Shown piece by piece: positions 50,330 through 61,056 of a stretch of 64,000 nt of DNA (positions are counted from its first letter, which is position 1; every line of letters starts with the position of its first letter). A program made the translations under genes and the position numbers. The DNA is from Scyliorhinus canicula (taxonomy: Eukaryota): the NCBI RefSeq assembly GCF_902713615.1, contig NC_052164.1, positions 100,663,235-100,727,234 of the forward strand, read 5' to 3'. A model generated the notes under the pieces. The model was not told the DNA's origin and searched no databases. It worked only from the letters and a program-made list of their open reading frames with translations.

Positions 50330-51300
50330 GGTCGTTGATGAAGCAGCTGAAGATGGTTGGGCCTAGGACACTACCCTGAGGAACTCCTGCAGTGATGTCC
50401 TGGGACAGAGATGATTGACCTCCAATCACCACAACCATCTTCCTTTGTGCCAGGTATGACTCCAAGCAGGAGAGAGATTCCCACTGACCCCAATTTTCCT
50501 TGGGTTCTTGATTGCAGGAGGTGGTGGCATAGTGGTAATGTCACTGGTTCAGTAATGCAGAAATACAGGCCGTTGGGGACATGGATTCAAATCCCACCAT
50601 AGTATCTGCTGGAATTTAAATTCAGTGAATAAATCTGGAATACAAGATGAGTCTCAGTAATGGTGACCATGAAACCATTTTCCATTGTCGTAAAAACCAA
50701 TTTGGTTCACTAATGTCCTTTAGGGAAGGAAATCTGACGTCCTTACCTCGTCTGACCTACATCTGACTCTAAACACACATCAATGTGGTTGACTCTTAAC
50801 TGTCCCCTGAAATGGCCTAACCACCTATATTATGTTCATGGAGGATTCTGGATGGGCAACACATACTGGCCCTGCAAGCGATGCGAAAGAACAAAATTGC
50901 CGCACGCTGTGAAATGCGACACAGTCACTCTCACCTCTTGGTGTCAGCTCCTTTGTCCATGTTTGGTCCAAGGTTTCAAAGAGCTGAGTGCCCCTAGCGG
51001 AACCCAGTGAACATCAATGAGCAGGTTATTGCTGAGTAAGTGCAGCTAGACAGCACTGTTGAGGACGCCGTGCGTCACTTTGCTCATGATCGAGAGTAGG
51101 CTGACGGGGCATTAATTGGTCGGGTTGGATTTGTCCTGTACTTTGTGGACAGGACATTCCTGGGCAATTTCCCACAGTGCTGGGTAGATGCCGGTGTTGC
51201 AGCTGTATTGGAATATCCTGGATAGTGCGGCAGCTAGTTCCAGAGCACAGGTCTTCAGGACTATTGCCGAAATGTTGTCAGGGTCCAAGGCCTTTGAGGT
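50330..51300 (-). mobile_element. CR1-clade LINE RT fragment split by a MetaSINE-like insertion
   Basis: The reverse complement of 50331-50395 encodes [20 protein letters not shown]. Confidence 0.7.
50516..50895 (+). mobile_element. MetaSINE/SlmI-like SINE, near full length
   Basis: tRNA head TGGCATAGTGGTAA..GGATTCAAATCCC, then GGTTCACTAATGTCCTTTAGGGAAGGAAATCTG. Confidence 0.75.
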
Positions 51301-51519
51301 ATATTGACTGAGGCATTGGCCTTGACACTAGGGAGAAGGCCTCCCTGTCCTTCTTGGAAACAGATTTTTTTTTACAAACACCTTGGACTGTTTGACAGGA
51401 AATGAATGTTTTAAATCTAATCAGTAATTGGAATTGTGGTGAAACATCACAGGTTCCAGACAATATACTTAAAGAAGGTTATCTGGCTTTCATTTTATAT
51501 AATATCAAACTTAAACTGT

Positions 51520-51780
51520 TCTGTGCGATGTCTGCACGTTCTCCCCGTGTCTGCGTGGGTTTCCTCCGGGTGCTCCCACAGTCCAAAGATGTGCAGGGCG
51601 GGTGGATTGGCCATGCTAAAAAAAATGTCCCTTAGTGTCCAAAGATGTGCAGGTTAGGGGGTTATGGGGATAGTGCGGGGGAGCGGGCCTAGATAGGGGG
51701 CACTTTCAGAGGGTCGGTGCAGGTTCGATGGGCCCAATGGCCTCCTTCTGCACTCTAGGGATTCTATGGTTCTATGTTTT
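51520..51780 (+). mobile_element. 5'-truncated V-SINE, CR1 tail
   Basis: TCTGCACGTTCTCCCCGTGTCTGCGTGGG...GGCCTCCTTCTGCAC..TTCTATG. Confidence 0.85.
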
Positions 51781-52166
51781 ATGACTATAATATATTTAGG
51801 GAAATTATAAATTTCACATTCAACTGACAGTGTCTCGGTTTAACATCTCATCCACAACCGACAGTTTTATTGTCACTCGTTCATGGGATGTAGTCTCCCC
51901 AGCAAGACCGGAATGTGTTGTCCAGCCCTATTTAAATACATTGTTCCTAATCTTTTGCTTACTGTCGGAATCTTAAACGGTAAAGGGTCCACGAGGCAGC
52001 AGGTGACGGTTGAGTGGGAAGCAGGGGGGATAATTCCCAGTCTGCTAGTGAGGTTGACAAAGCCAGCGCCTTTGAAGATGGTTTTCTCAGATCCAGGTGT
52101 CAGCACCTGAGGCCGTGGCAACCACAGCTTCAGCAGTTTCAAAGTGCGCAGTTAGTGGCTTGTCTG

Positions 52167-52460
52167 GGGCGGCACGGTAGCACAGTGGTTGGCACTGTTG
52201 TCTCATAACACCAGGGTCCCAGGTTCGATTCCCCGCTGGGTCACTGTTTGTGCGGAGTCTGCACGTTCTCTCCGTGTCTGCGTGGGTTTCCTCCGGGCGC
52301 TCCGGTTTCCTCCCACAAGTCCCGAAAGACGTACTGTTAGGTGAATTGGACATTCTGAATTCTCCCTCTGTGTACCCGAAATGGCGCCGGAATGTAGCGA
52401 CTAGGGGCTTTTCACAGTAACTTCATTACTCGTGACACTAATAAAGATTGTTATTATTAT
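52167..52460 (+). mobile_element. V-SINE, (TTA)n tail type
   Basis: Full head, tail GGCGCCGGAATGTAGCGACTAGGGGCTTTTCACAG..AATAAAGATTGTTATTATTAT. Confidence 0.9.
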
Positions 52461-52959
52461 CTTGACTCAAGCGTCGGCTGCCGTCAGACTGCACTCCTAT
52501 GCAAATGAATGGAGGATGTGGTGAAGCAGTTTGGCAACAATGTTCCTGGCACAATCAAATATCGGTGCTTCAATTCGTCAATGAGTTCCTGACCTTAGAC
52601 GTGTGATTCAGAAAGGTGCCATGAATTTCATTGGACAAGGACCGATGTGTGGAAAGAAAACAGGTTATTCAGCTTGTTGAGGTCCTAAGTCAATGTACCT
52701 CAGCATCTCTGAAAAAAAGCCATAACAATTTTCAATTGTATGGTGCCTTTAACATCTGCCTTCTCAGGTAGTATAAGCAGAGTAGGGGAGCTTAAAGCAA
52801 TGGTCAAATTTTCAACAACATCACTAAAGACAGGCGATCAGCCTGTCATCCGGTTGCCATTTGTGGGATCTTGCTCTGCATACATTGGCCGTGTTTCCTA
52901 TAACGGTGCCTGCACTTCAAAAGCATATCATCGGCTGCAACATAGTTTAGGAGGGCTCT

Positions 52960-53590
52960 CATATGTTTTGGGCGTGCCCAACGCTGGGGGAGTTTTGGAA
53001 GGGGGTAGCAAGGACGGTGTCGAGGGTGGTAGGATCCAGGGTCAAGCCAGGCTGGGGACTCGCAATTTTCGGGGTTGCAGTGGAGCCGGGAGTGCAGGAG
53101 GTGAAAGAGGCCGGTGTTCTGGCTTTTGCGTCCCTAGTAGCCCGGCGGAGGATTTTGCTTCAGTGGAAGGATGCGAGGCCCCCAAGCGTGGAGGCCTGGA
53201 TCAATGATATGGCGGGGTTCATCAAATTGGAGAAGGTGACATTTGCCCTGAGGGGATCAGTACAAGGGTTCTTTAGGCGGTGGCAGCCTTTCCTTGACTT
53301 CCTGGCAGAACGGTAGGAAAATAGGCCGACAGCAGCAGCAGCCCGGGGGGGGGGGGGGGGGTTTGTTTCGGGGGAGGGGAGAAATGTGTACATGTGTTTA
53401 TTGAATATGCCGGGTGCTTACCTATTCTTTTTGTAGTTGCTGGGAGGGGGGGGGGGGGGGGGGGGGGGGGTTGGTTTTGAGGGTTATTGTGTTTTTTCTC
53501 TTTTTTTGTTGTTGTTAATACTGTTTTCTTGTTGTTATTTTCTGTTTTTGATATTTTTTGAAAATCTCAATAAAAATTATTTTAAAAAAA
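52960..53590 (+). mobile_element. 5'-truncated L1 with AATAAA, A-rich tail and 16-bp TSD, inserted in a Deu-SINE tail
   Basis: HMFWACPTLGEFW...RWQPFLDFLAER stop. AGTTTAGGAGGGCTCT at 52944-52959 and 53590-53605. Confidence 0.93.
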
Positions 53591-53651
53591 GTTTAGGAGG
53601 GCTCTGAGGCAGCCAAAAGTGCGAAAAAAAATGCCAGTCTTTCTTTTCAAA

Positions 53652-53813
53652 TAAGAAGTCTTACAGCACCAGGTTAAAGTCCAACAGGTTTGTTTCGGAT
53701 CACTGGCTGCGCTCCGAAAGCTCGTGTTTGAAACAAATCTGTTGGACTTTAACCTGGTGTTGTAAGACTTCTTACTGTGTTCATCCCAGTCCAACGCCGG
53801 CATCTCCACATCA
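53652..53813. mobile_element. Penelope-like inverted (palindromic) remnant
   Basis: Arms of about 44 bp (TAAGAAGTCTTACAGCACCAGGTTAAAGTCCAACAGGTTTGTTTC and its reverse complement). Same family as 22763-22857. Confidence 0.75.
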
Positions 53814-54658
53814 TTCCTTTTCGAGCATGAGGTTTGGTGATTGGAAGTAAGACACCCAACAGTGAATCTGCATTCCCTGAAAACCTCAGCAAATCATCGG
53901 CCACTGGGCAACAGGTTCCATGTGAAGGAGCAATGAGACCAGAGTTATTAACAGCATTCAAAGCTTCGTCGACAATCAGCGAGAGGCCGATAGCCCCACT
54001 GCAGAATGTAACACCAGCCAGGGAGAAGGGAACATAGTTGAGACAAAGAAGATTTTGCATCACTCCGTGGAAAAACGGTTTAATCCCTTCGAATTCCAAG
54101 GCAGCGGCCAGTGTGAGCAACATGGAAGAGAAATTCCACAGGCACATGAGGAATTTCAGAAGGAGTTTCGCCTTCACTGAATGGTTCCAAGATTTCCAAA
54201 AGATAGTGAATGGGTTATTGACTAGCTTTATAAAGATCTATTTTAACAAGCAGGTGTTACTCAACCGTTTGAAACCCCATTGAGGCTGAAAAGCCCATTA
54301 GAACTCTCCGACATTGTAATGCTTACTGTAGTGTGTGTGAACAGCTATCAAAGGCCTACACTCCATTTCATTTTTACGTGACAGATTCCTGGGCTTCCCA
54401 TCATTTATTCCCCCTCACAGTGCATTCCTCATTTGAGTGAGAAGTTAGGTATCAACTGTATCTCCCCCGGTATCACTATCTTGAGTCTGAAAACGGTGTG
54501 GGTTTGACCCATCCCAGAAACCTGTGGCAGAATTTTATGGCCCCATCTCAGTGGGAATGAAAGATCTTGCCAGAGGGAGGGATGGTGAAATCCCACCCTG
54601 GAGTCCAAAATACACGCTGACCCTCCCAGTACAGTACTGAGGGAGTGCTGCAGTGTCA

Positions 54659-54875
54659 GGGGCTCAGTTGGCTGGACAGCTGGTTCGTGATACAGAGCGA
54701 GGCCAGCAGTGTGGGTTCAATTCCCGTACCGGCTGAGGTTATTCATGAAGGTCCCACCCTCTCAACCTTGCTCCTCACCTGAGGTGTGGTGACCCTCAGG
54801 TTAAACCACCACCAGTCAGCTCTCCCCCCTCAATGCAGACAGCAGCCCATAGTCACCTAGGACTGTGGCGACGTA
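54659..54875 (+). mobile_element. tRNA-derived SINE of another family, inserted in a Deu-SINE
   Basis: GGCTCAGTTGG A box, GGTTCAATTCCC B box, hairpin CCTGAGG..CCTCAGG. Confidence 0.7.
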
Positions 54876-55189
54876 ACTATTATCAAACAACAAACCCTAT
54901 AATTGGTCATTTTTTAAATTGCTGTTAATGCAAACTTTTTATAGACAATTTGGCCTCTATATTTCTGACATTACAACTTTAATACAACATCGCCATTTGT
55001 GACAATTTGTATTTGCATAACACCTTTACTGAACTAAAATATCTCATTGTGCTTTGCAGGGGTTTGAACAAAGAAAACTTCACACGAGCCACATATGGTG
55101 CTACTGTATTAGGTCAGGTGATCAAAGGTTTGGTTAAAGAGATGATTTTCAAGGAGAGTGTTAAAGGAGAAGAGAGAGGTGGAAATGTT

Positions 55190-55483
55190 TAATAATAATC
55201 TTTATTATTATTAATAAACTAATTTATTATTATTAATAAAAATCCCCTAGTCGTCACATTCCGGCACCTGTTCGGGTACATGGAGGGAGAATTCAGAATG
55301 TCCAAATTACCTAACAAGCACGTCTTTCGGGACTTGTGGGAGGAAACCGGAGCACCCGGAGGAAAGCCACGCGGACACGGGGAGAACGTGCAGACTCCGC
55401 ACAGACAGTGACCCAGCGGGGAATCGAACCCAGGTCCCTGGCGCTGTGAAGCAACAGTGCTAATCACTGTGCCACCGTGTCGC
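55190..55483 (-). mobile_element. V-SINE, (TTA)n tail type, within an old L2 fragment (about 55000-56450)
   Basis: Reverse complement of the 52167-52460 type. The flanks resemble 3600-3990. Confidence 0.85.
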
Positions 55484-56928
55484 TTCGGACACAGACAGCT
55501 AAGGCACAGCCACCAATAGTGGAGCGATTAAACTCGGGAGCATGAGGAAATCCAGAATTTAGAGAAGTGCAGAATAATAATAATTATTATAACCTGTATT
55601 AGTGTCACAAGTAGGCTTACATTAATGAAGTTACTGTGAAAATCTTGGAGGGTTGAAATGCTAGAGGAGGTTGCAGAGATAGAGAGGTGAGGCAATAGGG
55701 AGGAATTGGAAAACGAGGATTAGAATTGGTGTTGTTGAACCGGAATCCAGTGCAGGTCAGCGAGCATGGCGGAGTGACAAGTGAATGGAATTTGGAGCAA
55801 GTTATGGTCTGGAGCGCAGAGTTTTAGATGTGTTCAAGTTTATGGAAGATGGGAAGACGGCCAGGAGAGCATTGGAATAATTGAATTTCAAGGTGAGAAA
55901 GGCTGGGCTGTGACTTTCAGCAGCAGATGGGCCAGTATGGCAAGGCTGATTCAGGCAATGCTATGGAGGTGGAAGTAGGTGGCCTTGGAGATGGAGTGGA
56001 TGTGTGTTTGTAAACGTATCTCTGGGCTAAACAGGGTGTCAGCAGACTGATAGAGCCTCAGATAGTGAGTGGACAGAGGAACGGGGTGGATCGTGAGAAA
56101 ACAGAATTTGTAGCGAGGGCCATAGACAATGATTTCAATTTTCCCAATATTTTACTGGAGGACATTTTTACTCATCCAGGACTGGATGTTGAAGAACAAG
56201 AGGTAACAAACCAGAAGTAGAGGCGGGGCTGCAAGACGCAGTGAGATAGAGTTGGTTGTCCTCAGCAAACATGTGGAACCTGACAGTGTGTTTTCAGAGG
56301 CTATGACTGAGGGGCAACATGTAGACAGCAAATGGGAAGGCCCAAGCCTTGGGAACTCTGAGAAATGGTGCAGGAATGGGAAGAGAAACCATTGAAAGTG
56401 ATCCTCCGGCTATGTCTCGGTAGGTAGGAATGGAAGCAGGGGAAAGTGGTGCCACTCTGCTGGAAGTTCTCATGACCAGATGGATTTTTACAGCAAACTG
56501 TCAATTTCAGAATCACCTTTACTTACACCAGCTTTTGATCACCAGACTTCCTTCTATAAATAATTTTTCAGACGGCCAGAGTGAGGGACCTTTCACTGGA
56601 TCACTAATCCAGAAACATCGCTGCTACATTACATAGCCGTCAGTTACAGCATGTTAAAGATAAAACCAGCATGAGCTATGTTACTGGAGATTTTTCACAC
56701 ATCAAAGTGGATACAGTGGGAACATTTCTCGAGCCCAATATTACACTTCACAATGACAACAGTGTAAACCTTACTGTTAGTTCACTGAATACATTACATT
56801 GACTTTGTAGACACAGAATCAGGCCATTCAACCCACAAGTCCCTGCTGACCCTTCTAATCCACGTGAGCTTTTCCCTACCTTATCGCATCCCACCCTATT
56901 GCACGACAAGCAGAAATGTAAGCTTTAC

Positions 56929-57078
56929 CTTAAATCGCACTCTCTTCACGGACTTCTTGTTGTCTAAGTCCAGCACTGTTGGGAGTTTCTCTGTAAGGCT
57001 GCTGGAATCAAGTGTTCGACAGACCGGAGGGCTGGAGCCCTGCCGGACCCCCGGATTTCGTTGCTTTTTCTCTTTCAT
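56929..57078 (-). CDS. Candidate first coding exon of an unidentified host gene (50 aa, MKEKKQRN...KSVKRVRFK)
   Basis: Non-repeat and locally CpG-rich. ATG has A at -3 and an in-frame TAA just upstream. 150 nt ending at an AAG|gtaaag donor (phase 0). No homolog recognised. Confidence 0.4.
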
Positions 57079-57699
57079 ACTTTAACCGGCCCTCAGCTCA
57101 CGAAAGCTCCCGCCGCCACGATCACCATGTCGATTGCCTCAGGAAAGCAGCCCCAGAGCCAAGGTAAATCTGCCCTCGGGGCCCGGAGCATTCACCACTC
57201 CTGATTCCTTCCTTCTCTCACAGTAACTGAATGGAGTTTTGCAGCTACAGTCGGCACAGCATGAGCTTGTCGGGAGAACAAAACACTCCGAACTCTCTCC
57301 GTGTACAGACAAGAACTGCGGTCCTCCTCCATCCCACCCACCCCCCCAGGCTGCCTGCTCAAGTCGGCAGTATAATTCAAAAGGAAATCTTCCTCCTGTC
57401 TGTGTGCAATGATGAAGCAGGAACTAACATGCAGAGACTCAGAGTTCCCACCTACACACACCCGCACCCCCCAGAAAACTAAACACACAGCTTCCTAACT
57501 GAAATGAGGTTGACAAAGAATAAAATGTTAATTCACCCCAAAGGCAGTGCAGCTCGGAGAAGCAGGTTAACTGGAATGCATTCACTTTTTCTTTTTACCT
57601 TTCTATATTTTCTCTTTTCCTCTCCACCCCTGACTCTTGCTGGGGAACACTTTTTGTTCGATCGTTAGCAGCCCCCCTGTATCACATTCGGTACTTCAA

Positions 57700-57980
57700 T
57701 TCCAGCACAGCAAGATTCCACCGACAACAATAAAAATGATGATCAGATTAGCTGCTTTTTAGTGATGGTTGTTGAAAGATGTATAGTGGTAAAGGAACCA
57801 GGGAGAAATGTCCTGCTCTTCTCCCTATAAAACTGTAGGATCCTTTATGTTCGCCTTGGTGGGTAGATGGAACCTTGATTTAAAGACCTCATCCAAAAGT
57901 CACCTCTTCCAACAGTGCAGCACTCCATCAGTAGGACTTGAACCCACTACCTACGAGAGACAAGACTGCCATGCGTGAGT
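57700..57980 (-). mobile_element. Old Deu-domain SINE
   Basis: CCAACAGTGCAGCACTCCATCAGTAGGACTTGAACCC (single minisatellite motif plus reverse-complement B box). Confidence 0.6.
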
Positions 57981-58640
57981 CGTGGCTGACCACAGGCTTG
58001 CTGTCAGACAGAGTAAACATGAAGGTCCACCTCTTCTGCCCACAATCACTGGGCTCAGCCGTTGGCGAGGAAGGGTTTGTTGAAGTGTAGTCGCTGCTGT
58101 AACGTGGGAAACGTGGCAACCGATTTGTGCACAGCAAGCTCCCACGGAAACTTGATGTCAGGTGAGACTTACTAACTTTGAGGCCCCTGTTCTTGATTGT
58201 TATCCAATTTTAGAAATGTATGTTTCTCCACGCTCCCGGTGCCTAGTTACCGAGGCATTGTGATGGCCGTGTTTCCTGGAGGTTGAGGAGAAAGGCTGCC
58301 TGTGCCGGTCCGACAGGAGCAAAGCGTCGTTGACTGCTGATGTCCTTGGGGTATTATCTCTCCATTGTTCATTGTGTCTATGATATTGGATGCCTCGCTC
58401 TCTGTTGACGCCTCCCAGGGTCAGTTTTATTAAAGTAAGCGCAGAAAAATAAAACAAAAAGAGAAGGCATCCGTGATGCCTCAATTTGTTATTCATCTCT
58501 GACCCGGAGCAGCTCGATGGAGCGTTGGCAACAAACCACTGTTGGCACTTTGATGAGAAAGCTGAAAACTGAACGGAAACTTGAGGAGCAAATCCCGGCC
58601 CTCGGCCACTCCGCCCCCACCACTTCACCCTTCAATAGTG

Positions 58641-59193
58641 AAATAATAATAATAATCTTTATTAGTGTCACAAGTAGGCTTACATTAACACTGCAATGGA
58701 TTTGCTGTGAAAAGCCCCTAGTCGCCACATTCTGGCACCTGTTCGGGTACACGGAGGGAGAATTCAGAATGTCCAATTCACCTAACAAGCACATCTTTCG
58801 GGAGGAAACCGGGGCACCCGGAGGAAACCCACACAGACACGGTGAGAATGTCCAGACTCCGCACAGACAGTGACCCAAGCCAGGAATTGAATCTACAACC
58901 CTGGTGCTGTGAAGCAACAGAATTTTAAAAAATAATAACTTTAGAGTACCCAATTAATTTTTCCAATTAAGGGGCAATTTAATGTAGCCAATCCACCTAT
59001 CCTGCACATCTTTGGGTTGTGGGGGTGAAACCCACGCAAACACGGGGAGAATGTGCAAACTCCACACGGACAGTGACCCAGGGCCGGGTTTGAACCTGGG
59101 ACCTCGGCGCCGTGAGGCATCAGGGCGAACCCACTGAGCCACCGTGCTGCCCACTGAAGCAACAGAATTAACCACTGTGCTACTGTACTGCCC
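58641..59193 (-). mobile_element. (TTA)n-tail V-SINE split by a nested AT-tail V-SINE (58925-59153)
   Basis: TSD TGAAGCAACAGAATT at 58910-58924 and 59155-59169. Confidence 0.93.
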
Positions 59194-60549
59194 CAAAGGC
59201 TGCGGTCTCTCATTGTCAATGGACACACAGAACATGGCTCTGTATATGTGACAAATGTTTCATGTGACAGATGTTACACATGGTTTGGGCATCCGGCAAG
59301 TGGCTCAAATACAAAGTAGCGCTATTGCCTCTGACCTTTCGGAGTCAATCGAACATTGAACAGTAACATTATCCACTAACAAGAGGAGTCCATTCAGCCC
59401 CTCAGGTCTGCTACACCGCTCAACCATATCACGGCTGATTCGTACTCAAAATTAATGTTCAAGCCTTTGTGTTCAGTAATCCTGGCCGAAGAAATATAAA
59501 ACAGTCTCGAAAAGAGCAAATTGACCCCCCCCCCCAGGATTCACAGGCTTGGACAGAGTTCCAGATTTCTATGACACCTTGTGTGAAGGATTGAGAAGGA
59601 AGGACAGGTGAGAGTTCGGATCTCAGTATCAATCATTGCATCATTGGCTGTACCATAAAGTGAATTAGATTCCTCTCACAGGCCACTGCCTTCACCTCTC
59701 CGCTGTTCCCATCAGTTGACATACAAAACTTACAGAGAGTTGTTTTTCAGAAGCTGCAAGGGCAGAGGAGTTAGGCTGATTGACATTTTGCTTCCGATAT
59801 TTAATACATTCAGCCCATTCACACAGCTATGTTACAACCACAGCTGTTCACATTGTGCATTGGGCAGGGTGAAGTGGCGGCAACTTAATCACGCTGCCTG
59901 CCAGACTCTGCCAAGAGCAGGTCCCCATCAGGGTCAGTGACAGAAATCCAGAACCTGTTCCAATTCCCAACTCGCAGCGGCTGCACGATGCGATCATTGT
60001 TTAAGGGTGTCAGGGTGGGACTATTGACTCAGGCGTTTGCCCAGAGTTTGAAGGAGGTTAGAGATTGGAGAGGATCTCAAGAAGGCACAAAGAAAATTGC
60101 AATGTTCCCCCCACCCCCCCACCACCATGACATTACACCTCTCCCAATTCTGCCCAATATCACCGCACAGAGCACAAGAGCACAAGCCATAAAGATACAC
60201 AAATTGATCATTGCTTCACTCCTTTAATGCTTTTTATCTTGAAAAACACATCTTCCAGTTTTGCCCCCTCTCAATTTCCCCCCCCTCTCAATTTTATCCC
60301 CATCCTAGCTTTGCTCCCTATCTCAACTGTAATCCCCCTCCCCCCATTCCCAGTTTCCCCCCCTCTCTCCCAGTTTTATTCCCTCTCCGAGTTGTATCCC
60401 CATTGCAGGTGTGTTTCATTGTAAATCCCCCTCGGCCCACCCCCACCTGAGATCCCGGGGAAGGACTTCCCGGGAAGTTCAAACTTCCTTTGGCCAGTTG
60501 ACTGGCAATGAGAAACATCGGAAAGTTCAATTTAAATCTGAAACTTCAG

Positions 60550-60806
60550 ATGGTCCCAGAGCAATTGCAAAGGGAAGGATGCAGATACTGCGGAGAGCAC
60601 GCAGAGGGAAAGAAGCATTTTCCAGAGGCGGGGCAGCAGTGTTTTAACTGCAAGAAGCAAAATCATTTCACACACAAGTACTTCAGCAGAAAAACAGCAA
60701 AACAAGTCCATACAGATGGCCACTGGAGAGATAGCAGCAGAAGAGTCTGATGAGGAACTAGACACAATACAGCTGGTTGGTTCTGTGAAATCTATAACAA
60801 ACAAAT
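60550..60806 (+). pseudogene. Ty3/gypsy gag relic (double zinc-knuckle region)
   Basis: CRYCGEHAEGKKHFPEAGQQCFNCKKQNHFTHKY fits the decayed CxxCGxxH..CPAxGxxCxxCxKxNHF pattern, followed by an acidic linker. Confidence 0.7.
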
Positions 60807-61056
60807 GGGGCGAGATTCTCAGTTCCTGATACCGCGCAGGAATCGTGGAGTTCCAGGACAAAACAAACGGTGCCACACCTGGACCGGTTCTGCTACTATT
60901 GAGGGGCTAGCACCGGCGCCATGTGGAACACAATCGAATTCAATGAGAAACGGTGCGGGATTCGCCAGGTCCGTGATTGGCACTCAGGAGGCTGGCAAGC
61001 TGCAGCCGCACATACACCACACTTCACTCCCCACACACACCATCCCAGCCAGCAAG

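Noticed and set aside
53749-54283. 142-aa minus-strand ORF in unique DNA
   Set aside because: It runs into a Penelope-like repeat, has no recognisable domain, and has no convincing splice-site pair.
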